64,000 nt of DNA from assembly GCA_965153455.1 (NCBI GenBank), contig OZ234494.1, positions 11,656,001-11,720,000 of the forward strand, given 5' to 3'. The DNA is from Sphagnum compactum (Eukaryota). A model generated the notes under the pieces. The model was not told where the DNA came from and did no database searches. It was given only the letters and a program-made list of their open reading frames with translations. The position numbers were made by a program, and so were the translations under genes. How positions within the stretch are numbered: position 1 is the stretch's first letter; each line of letters starts with the position of its first letter. This document shows positions 26,881 to 40,020 of this stretch, piece after piece.

Positions 26881-27107
26881 ATGTCCATGTTTTTAGTGAT
26901 TATTTTGAATTTAAATCCACTGGATGATTTGCAAACCATGTTTTTAGTAATTATTTTGACCTGAAATCCATTGGTTGAAATCTTGTTATTGAATTCCAAT
27001 GATTGTTTTGGTGGCAAGGTTGATTAGTTAAGGTCATGTCCAATGATTGTTATGTATGTAAATTTGATTATGAATGGTCCATTCTTTGTTTGTGCATGTT
27101 TCCAGGG

Positions 27108-29760
27108 ATGGCTGAATTCTAGGCAAGCATAATGTTAGAGCCAAATGTACCAGAGACACAAGTACTTGAGTCTGTGGCATTTCATAGATTTAAAACCCTT
27201 CAAAAGGAAAAGGTACTAAAGCAGCTTGTTGACTTTGTCTAGTTTAGCACCATGGCAACTTATTACAACTTACACTTTGCAAACTATAACTTGGGTAAAA
27301 AACATGTTATTCAACTTATTCTTACTATTGTGTGGAAGCAAGTTTACACCGACTATCAAACCACTTATCCTAATTCATACGTTACGGAAGAAACCTTCAA
27401 AGACTAATTGTGGGACATTTTGAGGAATAAAAAATAGGAACTTCAAATCAAGAAGGTTCGAAAAAAACAACACTACAATGTGATCAAGTGTTAAAGCGCT
27501 TGAAGGCCATAAATGGGCATGCAACAAGGAACGTCTTAAAGGGACACCAAAGTTTAATTGATGGGGAATTTATATCTATACTTGAAACCCCAAGTTCTAG
27601 CTAGTTTGAACATGTAACCCCTACATCATATACAAACCCATCTTTGGATTCTACACCATCTGGAAGTGATGGTGAGAAATCAATGACAAAATCAGAAATG
27701 TTGCAAAGCCAATCCAGGAACATGGTAATAGTGGCGTGCCACTTTTCAACAACTTTCTAAATTCAAGATGCCTTCCTAGTTGGCAAGGTGGAGATCAATA
27801 ATGAGAAGTTGAATAAGGTGAAGATTAGTAATTTGAAAATAGTTAGAAAATAAAATGTTATCACAAAAAAAAATTTAAATAAGGAGTTAGAGCAATTTTG
27901 CATTTGTAGCTAGAAATCCCTAGCCCAACCATGTACGGTTGGGTTAATAATCAAATCACCAACAACCTCATATGTAAGGTCCATGTGTCTCATATGTAGG
28001 AAATTAATTAGGAGAGCTGTAGTTTGGAACAAATGTGCATATTTTTGGTTTGGTTGAATCAAACCTATTCATGAGGTGCCTCCACTTTCTTTGCAACCCA
28101 CCTATGCCCCAGTCCATTTGCACCTTAAAACTTGCGTGCATTTTGTTGTAGGCTTGCACTACAGCATGGTCAACATTTAGTGTTAGCTCCCATTGCCTTA
28201 TTATGCACATAATAAACATCTCCTCACCCATATAGCTTGGATTTCCCAATAGGTACTAAAAGTAGTCGTCACCATGGGTGAAATATTGACGCCAATTCTT
28301 GTAAAAATTAGAGTGCTGCAAGATGGTCACATCGTGATAAGAGCCAGGATAACCAATGTCTATGTAAATGAACAACCCATGATAGTCTAGAATGACGGTG
28401 TTATTTGTTGCATATATCTTTTTCTACCCACTAAACCATGCGCCATGTGCTTCATTCTACCAAGGCTTGCGAATTTCAATAAAAATGCCATCAATAAACC
28501 CAATACACCTTGTTATTTCCTGCAAATGCACACCCAAACTAAGTTTCTCCTTAGGTGTGGGCTGTCAGATCTCATCCTCAAGTGCATCGTTGATGCATGA
28601 TGCAATGAATATTGCATCATCACATAATGCAAATTTCGATTAATTCAACATAAAGGCGGCACACACAATGTCATTTTCATGTTTCATGCAGAGAATGAAG
28701 TTCAAAAGACGTTGTTTAGGTGTCAACTTTGATGACTTGCCTTATATAACTGGAAATTCACCTATTATGATGCAAAACAAAACATTAGATTTGAAGACCC
28801 TAACCCTAATGCCACAAACCTACACCCTAATCATAATCTACAAAATCAACCCTAAACCTTATATTTCAAACCTGAAAATCCTAACCTCAACCCTTTAAAC
28901 CTAAACCCTGAAATTCAGACTTGAAAATACTAACCCTAACTCCAAAACCAAACCCAAAACCTTAAAATTCAAATAAAAAACCTTAACTTTAACCCCAAAA
29001 ACCTACACGGTAATCATATCCTACAAAAACCAACCTTAAACCCTAAATTTCAAACTTACAAACCTTAACAACAACCCCTTAAACCTAAACCTTGAAATTC
29101 AAACTTGAAAATGTTAATTCTAATTCCAAAACTAGACCCAAAACCTTAACTTAAACCTTAGAAAACTTACACCTTAATCATAACCCATAATAATCAACCC
29201 TAATCGAACCCTAGAAACCTACACCTTAATCATAACCCATAAAAATCAACCTTAAACCTTAAATTTCAGATCTAAAAACCCTAACATGAACCCGTTAAAA
29301 CTAAACCCTAACATTCAAACTTGAAAGTGCAAATTCTAACCCCAAAACTAAACCCAAAACCTTAAACTTCAAACTTAAAAACCCTAACTTTAACCCCAAA
29401 AACCTACACCTTAAATTTAAGACCTTAAACCCTAACATCAACCCCCTAAACCTAAACCCTAAAATTCAGACATGACAAAGGTAACCCTAATATGAAAACC
29501 AGACCCAAAAGCTTAAAATTCAGACATGAAAACCCTAACCTTAAACCTAAACCCAAAAATTCAGACCTAAAACCCTAACCCTAATCCCCAAAACTCAGAA
29601 TTGAAAACCTAAACCCAAAAATGTGTTGGAAGCCATTGTTACCATCATGTGAAATAAACAAGGTCATCTTAGTCCATGTCCTCCAAAATATCCTCATCAC
29701 TTGAAGATGAGGTGTATCATCATTATTTGAAGAGCTTGAGGAACACATTTCTCATGGCTT
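27108..29760. mobile_element. PIF/Harbinger transposon remnant no. 1: DDE transposase (-, about 27880-28745 plus a putative N-terminal piece at about 29625-29755) and a convergent second ORF (+, about 27108-27800)
   Basis: Minus strand reads GFIDGIFIEIRKPW, HGLFIYIDIGYPGSYHDVTILQHS, YLLGNPSYMGEE and VQMDWGIGGLQRKWRHL, which are HARBI1/DDE_Tnp_4 motifs (IDG, PGSxHD, LLGDxGY, VExxIGxLKxxWR). Many stops. The opposite-strand ORF remnant sits where the Myb/SANT partner gene is expected. Confidence 0.8.
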
Positions 29761-30850
29761 GGAATGAAAAAAAGAAGGAAAAAAAGAAAGAAGACCTCTT
29801 CTTTATATAATCCACATGAAAGTCTTAATCTACATTTTAAATACTAACCTACTTTAGATCTAAACCCTGTTTTACAAAAGTACAATCCATCATTTTAACC
29901 CTAATGTTTTATTTTCTAACTTGAAAATTCGAAAACCATACTTTAGAAACCCTAACCCTAGAACAAAACCCTAAACCCTAAACTTGAAACCTTAAAATTT
30001 TAATTCCTACACTATAAAGCCAAACTTTAAAAACTTCAAACCTAAACCTAAAAAAAAAACCTTAAAATTCAAACCCTAAAAAGCCCAACTGTAAACCTTA
30101 AACCTTACCATGTGAACCCACAAAACCTTAAACCATAAACCAAACCCTAAAATTCAACCCTAAAAAGCCCAATCCTAAACCCTAAAATCAAACCTTAACA
30201 TGTGTACTAGCAAAAGATCAATTTTAAACCCTAAACCAAACCCTAAAATTCAACCCTAAAAAACCCAACCCTAAATCTTAAAACCAAACCTTAACATGTG
30301 TACTAGTAATGGACCAATCTTAAACCCTAAACCAAACCTTAAAATTCAACAATAAAAATTATTTGGAAAAGAGCAACTTTAAACCAAACCCTAAAATTCA
30401 ACCTTAAAAAAGCCCAACCCTAAACTTTAAAACCAAACCTTAACATGTATACTAACAAAAGACCAAACTTTAAAATTCAACCTTACAAAGCCCAACCCTA
30501 AACCTTAACACTAAACCTTAACATGTGTACTAACAAAAAAACCAACTTTAAACCCTAAACCAAACCCTAAAATTCAATCCTAAAAAGCCCAACCTTGAAC
30601 CTTAAAACCAAACCTTACCATGTGAACCCACAAAGGACCAAATTGAAACCTTAAATTCAACCCCTCACAAGCCCAAACTTAAACCCTACAACCAAAACCT
30701 AAAACTTAAACCCTAAAAGAAATCCAACTAAACCCTAAAAATGAAACCCTAAAAAACTCAAACTTATACTTTAAAAACTAAACATTAAAACTTCAAAACA
30801 TAAACCCTAATATTTAACCTTTGAAAACCTAAACCCTAACTCTAAAAATT
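28790..30850 (+). repeat. Degenerate interstitial telomere-like (AAACCCT)n arrays with higher-order units
   Basis: Dense AAACCCT/AACCCT/AAACCTT variants in two blocks (about 28790-29620 and 29930-30850). A roughly 95-bp higher-order unit ..AAACCAAACCTTAACATGTGTACTA.CAAAAGACCAA.. repeats at about 30060-30700. Confidence 0.85.
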
Positions 30851-31079
30851 GAATCTCAAAATAATCAATAGCCAAAAAGAATCAATAGCCATAATAATAA
30901 TTTATAGTCATCAACAATATCCAATAGTCAAAACCAATAGCCATAACAATAGAATAGCAAAATCAAATAGTGAATAACCATAGCCAATAGCCATAACCAA
31001 CAACCATAACAATAATCAATTCAAAATCAAATCGTGAACAGCCGTACCCAATAGCCAACATCATTTCAGCCCCCTAGCC

Positions 31080-32120
31080 TAGGCCTCATAAAACCTGGCA
31101 AATGCCAACTTTGCCATAATTAAATTAATTCTGGCACATTTGTCGCCTTAATACTGGCACATCTAGCATATGCTATACCCAATAGAAACGTGCCGAATTG
31201 TGAGGTCGAATCGCAGAGAGTTCTTGATCGTCACCAGGTATGATCCGTTTTCTTGTGGTTTGAACAGCTTCATGGCGTTGGCCTTCGTGATCGGTTCGGA
31301 CGCATTGTCTTTTTTGTCTTCCTCTGGATGGAAAAATAAATCTCCCACCACATCATCGACGATCGTAGGCCTCAAAATGACGAACTGCAGGCTATCCTTT
31401 TCCTTATCCAAGAAACTGTGAATGCCAGAGACCTCCTTTTTCTTGAAGAATGCAGCCTTCTCTTGATGCGAGAGCAATCAATAACTGGTCCGATCTTCGT
31501 GATGTTGAGATTCGTGATGATTTTTGTAGGCCTCGGGTTGGAACGGGAACTGGAACAGCTACGTGTTCTTGGTGCGTTGGCGTTTCACACCGGGACCTTC
31601 ATGCTTCTCGCACTCGATGTGGAGGTAGAAAAGGCATTGCACAGTTGTAATCACGTCGCCTACCGATCGCTGCACCGCTTGAAGACCGTATTCCACAGCG
31701 TGTTTGTCTTGAAACGGTGTCTGTCGACTCATGATGACATGCAAGGTGCGAACAAGGTGCGAACAAGATGTGCAGTATCGAGAAGAGCAGGATGAACAGG
31801 CCGATCGGCGAACACGCACGCACACACACACAACGAGATTGATAAAACTATAGTGAATGCGCACTCGACGACCCCCTTAAATCTGATGATTTCAGTTTAG
31901 TGACTCCGCGGTGGGAAACCACAAAAATGACTGCACCCAAATCACTATTTTGGCCCTCAGAGGCTCAGACCGACTACCAAAAAATAGTGATAGTGACCGT
32001 TTTAGTGACTTGCGGTGGGGATGCTCTTAATAATTGTAATACTTAATTATGGCACTTTGACGAAATTAATTTTGGCAAAGTTGGCATCTAAAAATAGAAT
32101 GCCAGGTTTTATGAGGCCTG
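31080..32120. mobile_element. Non-autonomous hAT-type element with TIRs and 8-bp TSD
   Basis: Left TAGGCCTCATAAAACCTGGCA and right TGCCAGGTTTTATGAGGCCTG, with subterminal ATGCCAACTTTGCCA mirrored. Perfect direct repeat CCCTAGCC at 31072-31079 and 32121-32128. Confidence 0.92.
31163..31738 (-). pseudogene. N-terminal fragment of a putative hAT-like transposase, nested in the element above
   Basis: MSRQTPFQDKHAVEYGLQAVQRSVGDVITTVQCLF..VKRQRTKNT*LFQFPFQPEAYKNHHESQH..LSHQEKAAFFKKK..IVDDVVGDLFFHPE..NAMKLFK..YLVTIKNSLRFDLTIRHVSIG; intronless and truncated before any catalytic core. The family call is from recollection of similar moss/oomycete proteins, not from a search. Confidence 0.55.
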
Positions 32121-32412
32121 CCCTAGCCCCTTAGCCCATATATAGCCCCGATAATATAAGCTAGAGGTGGGTAGCCCATGAGTGAAAAAAAAGAAGTTGA
32201 TGTGCTGAATTTGGGGGTCCCATCCTGGGTTTTCCCAATTTGGACCCTCCTTGGTCTCCTATCCTGAGACTTTTCCGATAACACAAAACAGAGGACGAGG
32301 GAGCAAAGAGGGGTGCAAGTGGGCACCAATAGGGTATAACTTTACGGATAACTTTAATGCCCCCATCCTGTTTCGCCTTGGGTCTCCACTGAATTTATGG
32401 CAAGTCTTTTCG

Positions 32413-32520
32413 TTGGGTAAAATTCTCGGTCAAGGGCATTACCAAAATGGGGCTTGCATTCGGCTATTGCTTGGGGTGCACTTATTTTGGTAATGCCCTC
32501 GACCTAAGGTTTCACCCTAC
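32413..32520. repeat. About 110-bp imperfect palindrome (hairpin or mini-MITE)
   Basis: GTTGGGTAAAATTCTCGGTCAAGGGCATTACCAAAAT ... ATTTTGGTAATGCCCTCGACCTAAGGTTTCACCCTAC. Confidence 0.8.
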
Positions 32521-33199
32521 ACGCAAACCACTTGAAGAAAATTCTTTAGTATATTTTGAAGGCACCTTATATCCATGAATATCCCTCATAAGAGAGAGGA
32601 GCATATTACATCTACTCGAGAGCGTGAGAAATACACCTACCTTAGTATCTTAACAGATACTAAATTAATTTTTTTTAAATATCTATTTTTTTGAAAATTC
32701 TTTACCCAAAGTGTTGAAAATTTTGAAGGCCTAAGAGTTATAAGCCCTAGTTATTAGTATGTTTTACATTTTTTGTTTGGGGGTGTCACAAGTGTACATG
32801 CTTCGTCAATAATATTGCTTTAAGCTTTGCTAGAGAATGGGATACTGTCAGTGTTAATACGAAGGGTAAGTCTTGAAGGTTGGGAAGTTCTTGAAATAAT
32901 TGCCCTAAAGGACTTGGGAGTCAAGGGTAGGTATTTTGGGGACTCCCCACTTTGGGGCATATTGATTGCCAAAATGCAAAACATTCCTAGATCTATGGCA
33001 TTACTGGGGGTGTTTTTGTGATTGACAAGTGGTTAATGCAAAAAGGGTTGTTAAGAAAAAGAAGGTTTTTCAAAATGCAAGTATATTTTACCTTCTGAAA
33101 CAAGGGAGAGAGGCTCTATTATGTGCATTCAAGGCTTTTATGAAATTTTGAAGGTGGATGAGACCCCCATTGAGATGCACTGGTCTAATTCTAGCAAAT

Positions 33200-33620
33200 T
33201 GGGAATGACAAAATGTATATGCAACATTGTCTTTGTCGACATTAAACATGCTATTTAAAAGGCCAAATTTTAAATCTCTAAGTTGTGATGAGGTCACAAC
33301 ACTTGATAATCAAAGTTGCATATCTATTCAAAGTTTTGTGGTCAAAGCTTGGAAGAGGGTGCCCATTCTCTTGAATTTGGAAAAGGTCATTGAGGGGGGT
33401 GGATTCGATAAACTCACCAAAATGTTAGTGGATTTTGTATGTGCTTTTGGGGGCTTGTTAATTGGGGATTTGGCCTCAAAACTTGTTTATTTTGGAGTAG
33501 ATAATGCAACTACTTTTTACGGATGCCTAAAAAGTGGTTGACAATGCAGTTAAAGGAAAAGCATGCATCATTTGTTGTTGGGGTCTATTGCATGGCACAT
33601 ATAGGACTAATTTGGTTTAG
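33200..33620 (+). mobile_element. hAT (ZNF862-like) transposase catalytic-region remnant
   Basis: SLSCDEVTTLDNQSCISI..WKRVPILLNLE..LVYFGVDNATTFYG..QLKEKHASFVVGVYCMAH[fs]RTNL: the DE(S/V)TD-like first Asp, DxA second Asp and CxxH motifs of hAT transposases. Confidence 0.75.
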
Positions 33621-36600
33621 TCACATCCATTTTATTTCAAATGGCAAGTAAAATAATATAGGGTGTAACTTATTGAAAAATAAATAAAAATTTGTGGTGA
33701 ATGATATTTTTACAAATTAACTAAATCGAGAACCATTTATAGGTTTAAAAGTTTTTGATGAAAATTTTATTCAAAAAATGTGTTTTTTTACATTCTAAAA
33801 AAATAAATACATAATAATATATATTTTTAATAAAAAACCACTACCAGATGAAAGAGGAAAGATTTTATAGTTGGACATTACATTTTTTTTTAAAATTTCT
33901 TTTTCTAGGCAATGTTTTATGAATCACAAACATGGAGGCCCCATGATCATTGAAAAAATGTAAGTTATATTCTCTATATATCAATTTGATTCAAATACTC
34001 TTCATTTAATCATTGGATTGAAACTAATTTTGATTCAAAATGAACTTTGAGTTTCAAAATGTTATCATGCAAATTTAATTTTTTTAAATTTGTGTTTAAA
34101 ATAATAAAAAGATGCCATCAAATTTTTTGCTTATTGATGATTGAAATTTTTTTGATCGCTTTACCTATGGCGACCAAAAATGGGTTTTAATCATTGGTAA
34201 ATGAATGTGAAAAGGGGACATGTAATATGTTTTTGGAAAGTTCTTGATGAATGATGCCTTAGGCAGTTAAAGGTGATTGAAATTTTAGTTGTCAACAACA
34301 AAAAAATGTAGTCATTATTGATTGAAAAAAGGTTTTAGTCACTTTAAGTATGGCAACCGAAAATGGTTTTTCGTCACCATACGTAAAGCGACCAAAGGTT
34401 TTTAATCACCAACCATTTGGTGATTAAAACCTTTTTTTGGTCGAGAGATGTTTAAGTCACCACAGGGTTTATGACAACTAAGATTGGTGTTTTTTATCAC
34501 TTGCAAGCCTACCCTGGGCACCCAATATGGCTTTTGACCTAAGTTGACGTAGGTTAACTTTATAGTGATGTGACATAAGGTTGTGTTTACATTGAAATGC
34601 ATTTGTTGCATCATAATGAACACATGGATGTGGTGACAACAATTTAGCAACATAATATTTCTATGCAAAAAAATAATGATTGATATTGCTAATGCAAAAA
34701 AATCATGAATTTCAAACTTAAATATTTTTACTCATTACACCCAAAAACAAAAAATATATAATTTCATAAAATTATCAAGAATAAGACTTTGATGGTTTCA
34801 ATCAATTACAAAAAATTGTTCAAACAAAAGAATGAACAACAAATAATAACATTCATGTTATTTATATTAGAATGAATCTTTTTTTTCTAACTTGAACATT
34901 TCATGTTTTAAAGTAAAAGCTAAAATGTAAAAAAATGGTATAATATATGCCTCTTAATTGGTTCATATGGAACTATCAAGCTTAAAACTAAAGAAGATAA
35001 TCATCTCTTATTTATCTTTTATATTTTTTTGATGCATAAAACCATAAATGTAAGTCACGAGATTTATAAAGACCTATAGCCATGTGTTATAGGGCCTTGC
35101 ATATCTTGCACAAATTTGAAATTTGTGTGGGTAGTTGAAATTTAATTGTACACTAGTTGTTATGGACATTTAGTTGCACAATAGTTGCTAACTAGTTATA
35201 AAAGAGTTGAAAGTTCCAAACCCAATGAATAATGACAATGCATACATGTGACATAATTGTACACATTAATGTCGTACCCTAGTTGCAAGGTAGTTGTTGA
35301 TTGAATGTTGCATTTTTGCTAGTTGTATGGTGGTTGCCATTTACAACTTTCATGCAATTTTCACACAAAGTTAAAATATGGTTGACCACAATCATATATA
35401 TGATGTGTATTACATTCAAGTAGGGGTCTATCTTGTAACTAAGATGTAGCTACAATGGAACTTTGTGAATTTTTTTATGTGATGTTTTATGTATTAATTC
35501 TTCATATTTCCATGAAATAGTTATAAAGTAGTTGCATTAATTGCTTTGGACACTTAATTATAAACCAATGAAGTGTTTGCAAACAAGATTTCTCTTATTA
35601 TTGCTATGCATGCATATTCAAATTAAACACATATATAATCTAAGTGGTATAAATTAAGATAACAAAACAACTTTATGAATGTTATTACAATTGAATAAGA
35701 ATACAAAAGATTCAAATTTACCTCCATATATAATCTAAGTGGTTCTTACTAGTAATTAAAGTAGTTATCTAACTAAGTAGGACTTAATATATTAACTAAT
35801 AATTAGTTAGTTAACATTTATTTAAATTTTGATTTAACACATATAAAAATCAAATCTATACTTGATATAGGGTAACCTCTAATTAAAAAAACAATTATAG
35901 ATTTCGATTTAACATTTAAAAAAATCAAATAAGTATTTGATGTTTATTAACATCTGATTAACAAAATAACTATAAGTAAACATTTATAAAAGTCAAATAT
36001 GTGGTTACTATAAGGTCAACATTTTGTTTTTTAAAAATTTGGTGTGAAACTAACATTCACTTAATATCAACTTCACACCCATGTAAAATGATGTGTCACC
36101 TAAAATTTCATTTAAGATTTGATGTTAGTGAATATTTTTAATAGGATGCAATAAAAATTTTGGCGATCTTAATATCAATTTAACATCAACTTAACATAAG
36201 GTGTGATTGTAACATGGTGAATTGAAGCATTATTTTACAAAAATCTTTTGTGTTGATCAAAAGCATATTTATCAAATTAACAAAATGAACCCCACCCCCT
36301 TCCACCAAATTGAGAAGTCAAGATTATTTATTTTTAAATCTCTAGATGAGGACCTAACTATTCTCATAAAAACCAAGAACCAAAAAAAGCACTAGTCTAA
36401 ACATTATGAAATCACCTCATTGCATTCATTCATCCACGATTTTTTGTTAGTACTAAGAACATTACTAGGGCCCATGGTTACCTCCACTTTTCCAGGGCCT
36501 TGTAGTAGTATGAAAAGAACACAGTTAGGACCCCAAGGACATCTCATTGTCATAAAAAACACATCCAAAACAAACAAAAACTTTCATTTATAGGATAACA

Positions 36601-37168
36601 AAGCTAACTTTTAGAATTTCACCTTTAAAGGGCCATTCGGGGTTGTTAACTTTTACATTTTTATTGTTTTTAACTTATTTCAACAACTTTTTACAAAGGT
36701 TATAGCTCCCCACTTGGGATATCCATCACAAACATATCAAACTTCATAAGTTCGTACAAAAATTGCATGAATTTTACATTAGGTTAATATGAACGATATT
36801 TGTATGTATTCAATATTTTAAATATTCAAACAAATGAAACATTGATTTTGAATGACATACATGAATGTTCATGTTTAATACACAAAAATCGCATAGTTTT
36901 ATGCAAAATTACATCAATGTATTAATTGCATAAATTTAATTAAAATATAAATCGTAAGTACTTCACATCAAAACATCATAAACGGAAAAGACACCATTTG
37001 TATAGAAATAATATATATATTTTGTGAACCATTTTTACATTTTGAAGCCCATAGATTTTGCATAGACATATTATTTTATGATTTTCACACGGATTCTATT
37101 GAAATTTTGTGATTTTGAAAATTTGTGATGTCATAGTGGTAAGCTAAATGACTTATACCTTGGGGTTA

Positions 37169-40020
37169 GAGCATTTGCACCACTGAAGTATAAATCCCAT
37201 GATATTTTTAAGTTGACATAGTATTGGAATAAACCCCAAAAATATTGGTCCACCATGGATCACCCACCAATTACAAATTAGGGAAATCTGGCATCTGAAA
37301 TTTGAATCTATCTTGTAAAATGGTTTAATTCCTAGGGAGCTTTGTTTCATTGTTAAACTTTAGGAGGTTATAGATTAGACCAAATGGTGAACTATTTGAG
37401 GTCTTTAACGCACATAAAATGTTTTTTCAATGTTTGTCTATTGAAAAAAAATATCGCTGTGGTGGGTATCGTTGCTCTATTTGCACACCTTGTTGTTCAA
37501 GCATGTCAATGTTTTCTAGTTTTCCAACATTGTGCAAAATCAATGTAGTCGCTAGCAGTGAAGTATATTTCAACACCATGGAAATTATAGATGTTACAAC
37601 ACCTCCTTTTCATCAAAATCAAGATAACAATTTTATTGATGATGAGTTGGTTAGGCCTTGTAGAACATGGTTGAATGTTAGTCAAAATTCCACAAAGGAT
37701 GTGGGGCAAAAATCTAATCATTTATGGGCTTTGATAGTTAATTTTTTCAAGAAATTGGGCAGTAAGGTGTTGCAATATGTTCACAATAGTCGTTAGAATC
37801 AAAATAGTCGATTGTGCAACCTGAAATTTCAATTTTTTCAAGAGCATTTACAAGTGTTTGTGAGATCTTGTACTAGGGCTCATCGAAAGTTAACAAACCA
37901 TTTATCATGATGGAATGTTGGCAAGTGTTGAGGTTGGTTCCAAAGTGGCAAGCGCATTGTGCCACACCTACGCACCCTAAAAACAACAAATTCCATAATC
38001 ACTAGGCATAGATAAAAACAATGATGAAGGCACAAATGTGGATGTAGCATCAACACCAATTCAACCTTGTGAACAAATTGTGGGTAACAATAAGGCTAAG
38101 AATATGACAATCAACAACTCTAATGTTGCTAAATTGGATGCAAACATTGCAAAAGCAACTACGTCCATGGTGACAACAAACATTGCGAATATAGAAATAT
38201 TGAAAGAATTTGCCCACCTTCAACTTTTCACAATGTCACTACAAAATTTGGACCTAGATGCTCAAGAATATATTTTCCTTTCCTAACAAATGTTAAGTTC
38301 TTTGAAGAAGACACTTGCAGATGCAGCGAATTATTTTTTGCAACCTATAGTGCCATATTGCATTTATAGTGTTGATGGTAATAAAAGTACATTTCAAGTT
38401 GATGAAAAAGTTTCAGCTACCCATGATCCTTTTTAGCCTTGTAGCTGAGGAGTGCATGTAAAGGAGGTTCAAAATTCTTTAATTGACTTGCAAGATGATT
38501 AAGATATATTTTTTGATGATTTCCAAATTTTTTTTGGCATCAAATATGGACATATTTTATAGTTTCATAATATTCATTCATTTCAATTTCAACTTGGCAA
38601 TTGGATTTTCAGTTCATTTTATTGAAGTGAAGCTTGTAGACATGGATAATGTTTCAACATATAGCATGATGATCATTCAATAACTTATTAAAAAAACTAA
38701 TCATGTTGTCCTTTGAAAGTCCATAGATGGTCAATTAGATCATCTTGGATTTGGTAATGAACATCCTCTTGTTGAACATTGAAAAATTCATGAGCAAATG
38801 TTTCAAATGATAGTGAGTTGGCACCAAGTATTGTTCTAAACAAGGTGATGTTTACCGTAACCAGAAATCTGAATTTGATTTTACATCTCCCTCTTCACCT
38901 TCAACCACCATGTTGTGCATGATCATAGTTGTTTTCCAAATTGACTTCATGAGTGATTGTTTCACTCCATAACTATGTCAAGTATCACACCATTCCCCAT
39001 TGTGCTTGTAGGACACCAGTGCATGTTCGACATCTTTACGGGCCCCTTCCTACATTTCTGCAAACCAATTTCCGCAAACCAATTTCGCTTCTTACCTTCT
39101 GGCTTGGAGATGGTCTTTCGGAAGATAGCCCAATTAGGATATATGCCATTTGCTAGGAGGTAGCATATGTGATGGGCATGGTTGTTCATAGTGAATTCTG
39201 CATGTGCAACACCGCGGAGGTAATTCACCATGAGAGGGGAACAATCAACCTCATTGATGTCATCAGAAGAACCTCGAAGCCCTATAAACACATGCCAAGT
39301 CCATAAATCTTTGGTGACAATTGCCTCCATCACCAAACTTTTGTTCCCATCCTTGTTTTGGTATTGGCCTTGTCATCCAACTGGACAGTTCTTCCATTCC
39401 TAATGTGTACAGTCCACTAATCCAAACATTCTAAGGAACCCTTGCAATTCATTGAACTGCATATGTTTCAACACATCAGCAGGATTGGGTATTCTTCTCC
39501 AAACAGGCAATTGATAGCAGTTGCAAACTTATAGAAACATTTTATTCTTGTTGATTCACCAATTTGAATGTACTCATCTACAGAATCAATTGCCATACCA
39601 TAAGCAAAAATTCGCAAAGCTCTTGTGATTTTTTGCAGTCTAGAAAGCCCTGACCGCCTAATAGCATCCTGCTTTTCTTAGAAGTACACATCGTAATTTA
39701 CAATGACATTATGAATTCTCACAAACAACTCCTTGCGCATACGAAATCTACACTTAAATGTTTCTACTGGATACACAAAATCTGCAGTGAAATAGTCCCA
39801 CCAGATCCGATCATGAGCTTCTGAGAATCCACAATCAATGTTGGGTGCCCTTTCCTCTCCGTGAATCCCCGTGCACTAGCGCCTTTGTTTGATTTATAAT
39901 GCACATCTGTTGGTGCATGGTCGTGAGTAGCTCCCATGTTGCTTCTGTCTCCTCATCGTCACTGGCAAGACGTTCATCAAGCAATGCAAGGTCTGCCATC
40001 GTCAATGCTGTCGCATGCAA
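37169..40020. mobile_element. PIF/Harbinger transposon remnant no. 2: Plant_tran-type transposase (-, about 38700-40000) and convergent Myb-like/NAM-associated ORF (+, about 37575-38435)
   Basis: Minus strand: AHDRIWWDYF..FKCRFRMRKELF..LQKITRALRIFAYG..DEYIQIGEST..VDCTH*EWKNCP..LVMEAIVTKDLWTWHVFIGLRGSSDDINEV..YLLANGIYPNW. Plus strand: DDELVRPCRTWLNVSQNSTKDVGQKSNHLW. A possible left end TTA|GAGCATTTGCACC lies at 37166-37181. Confidence 0.88.

Noticed and set aside
28790..30850. True telomere or chromosome-fusion site
   Set aside because: The repeats are highly degenerate, single-orientation, organised in higher-order units and interleaved with transposon sequence.
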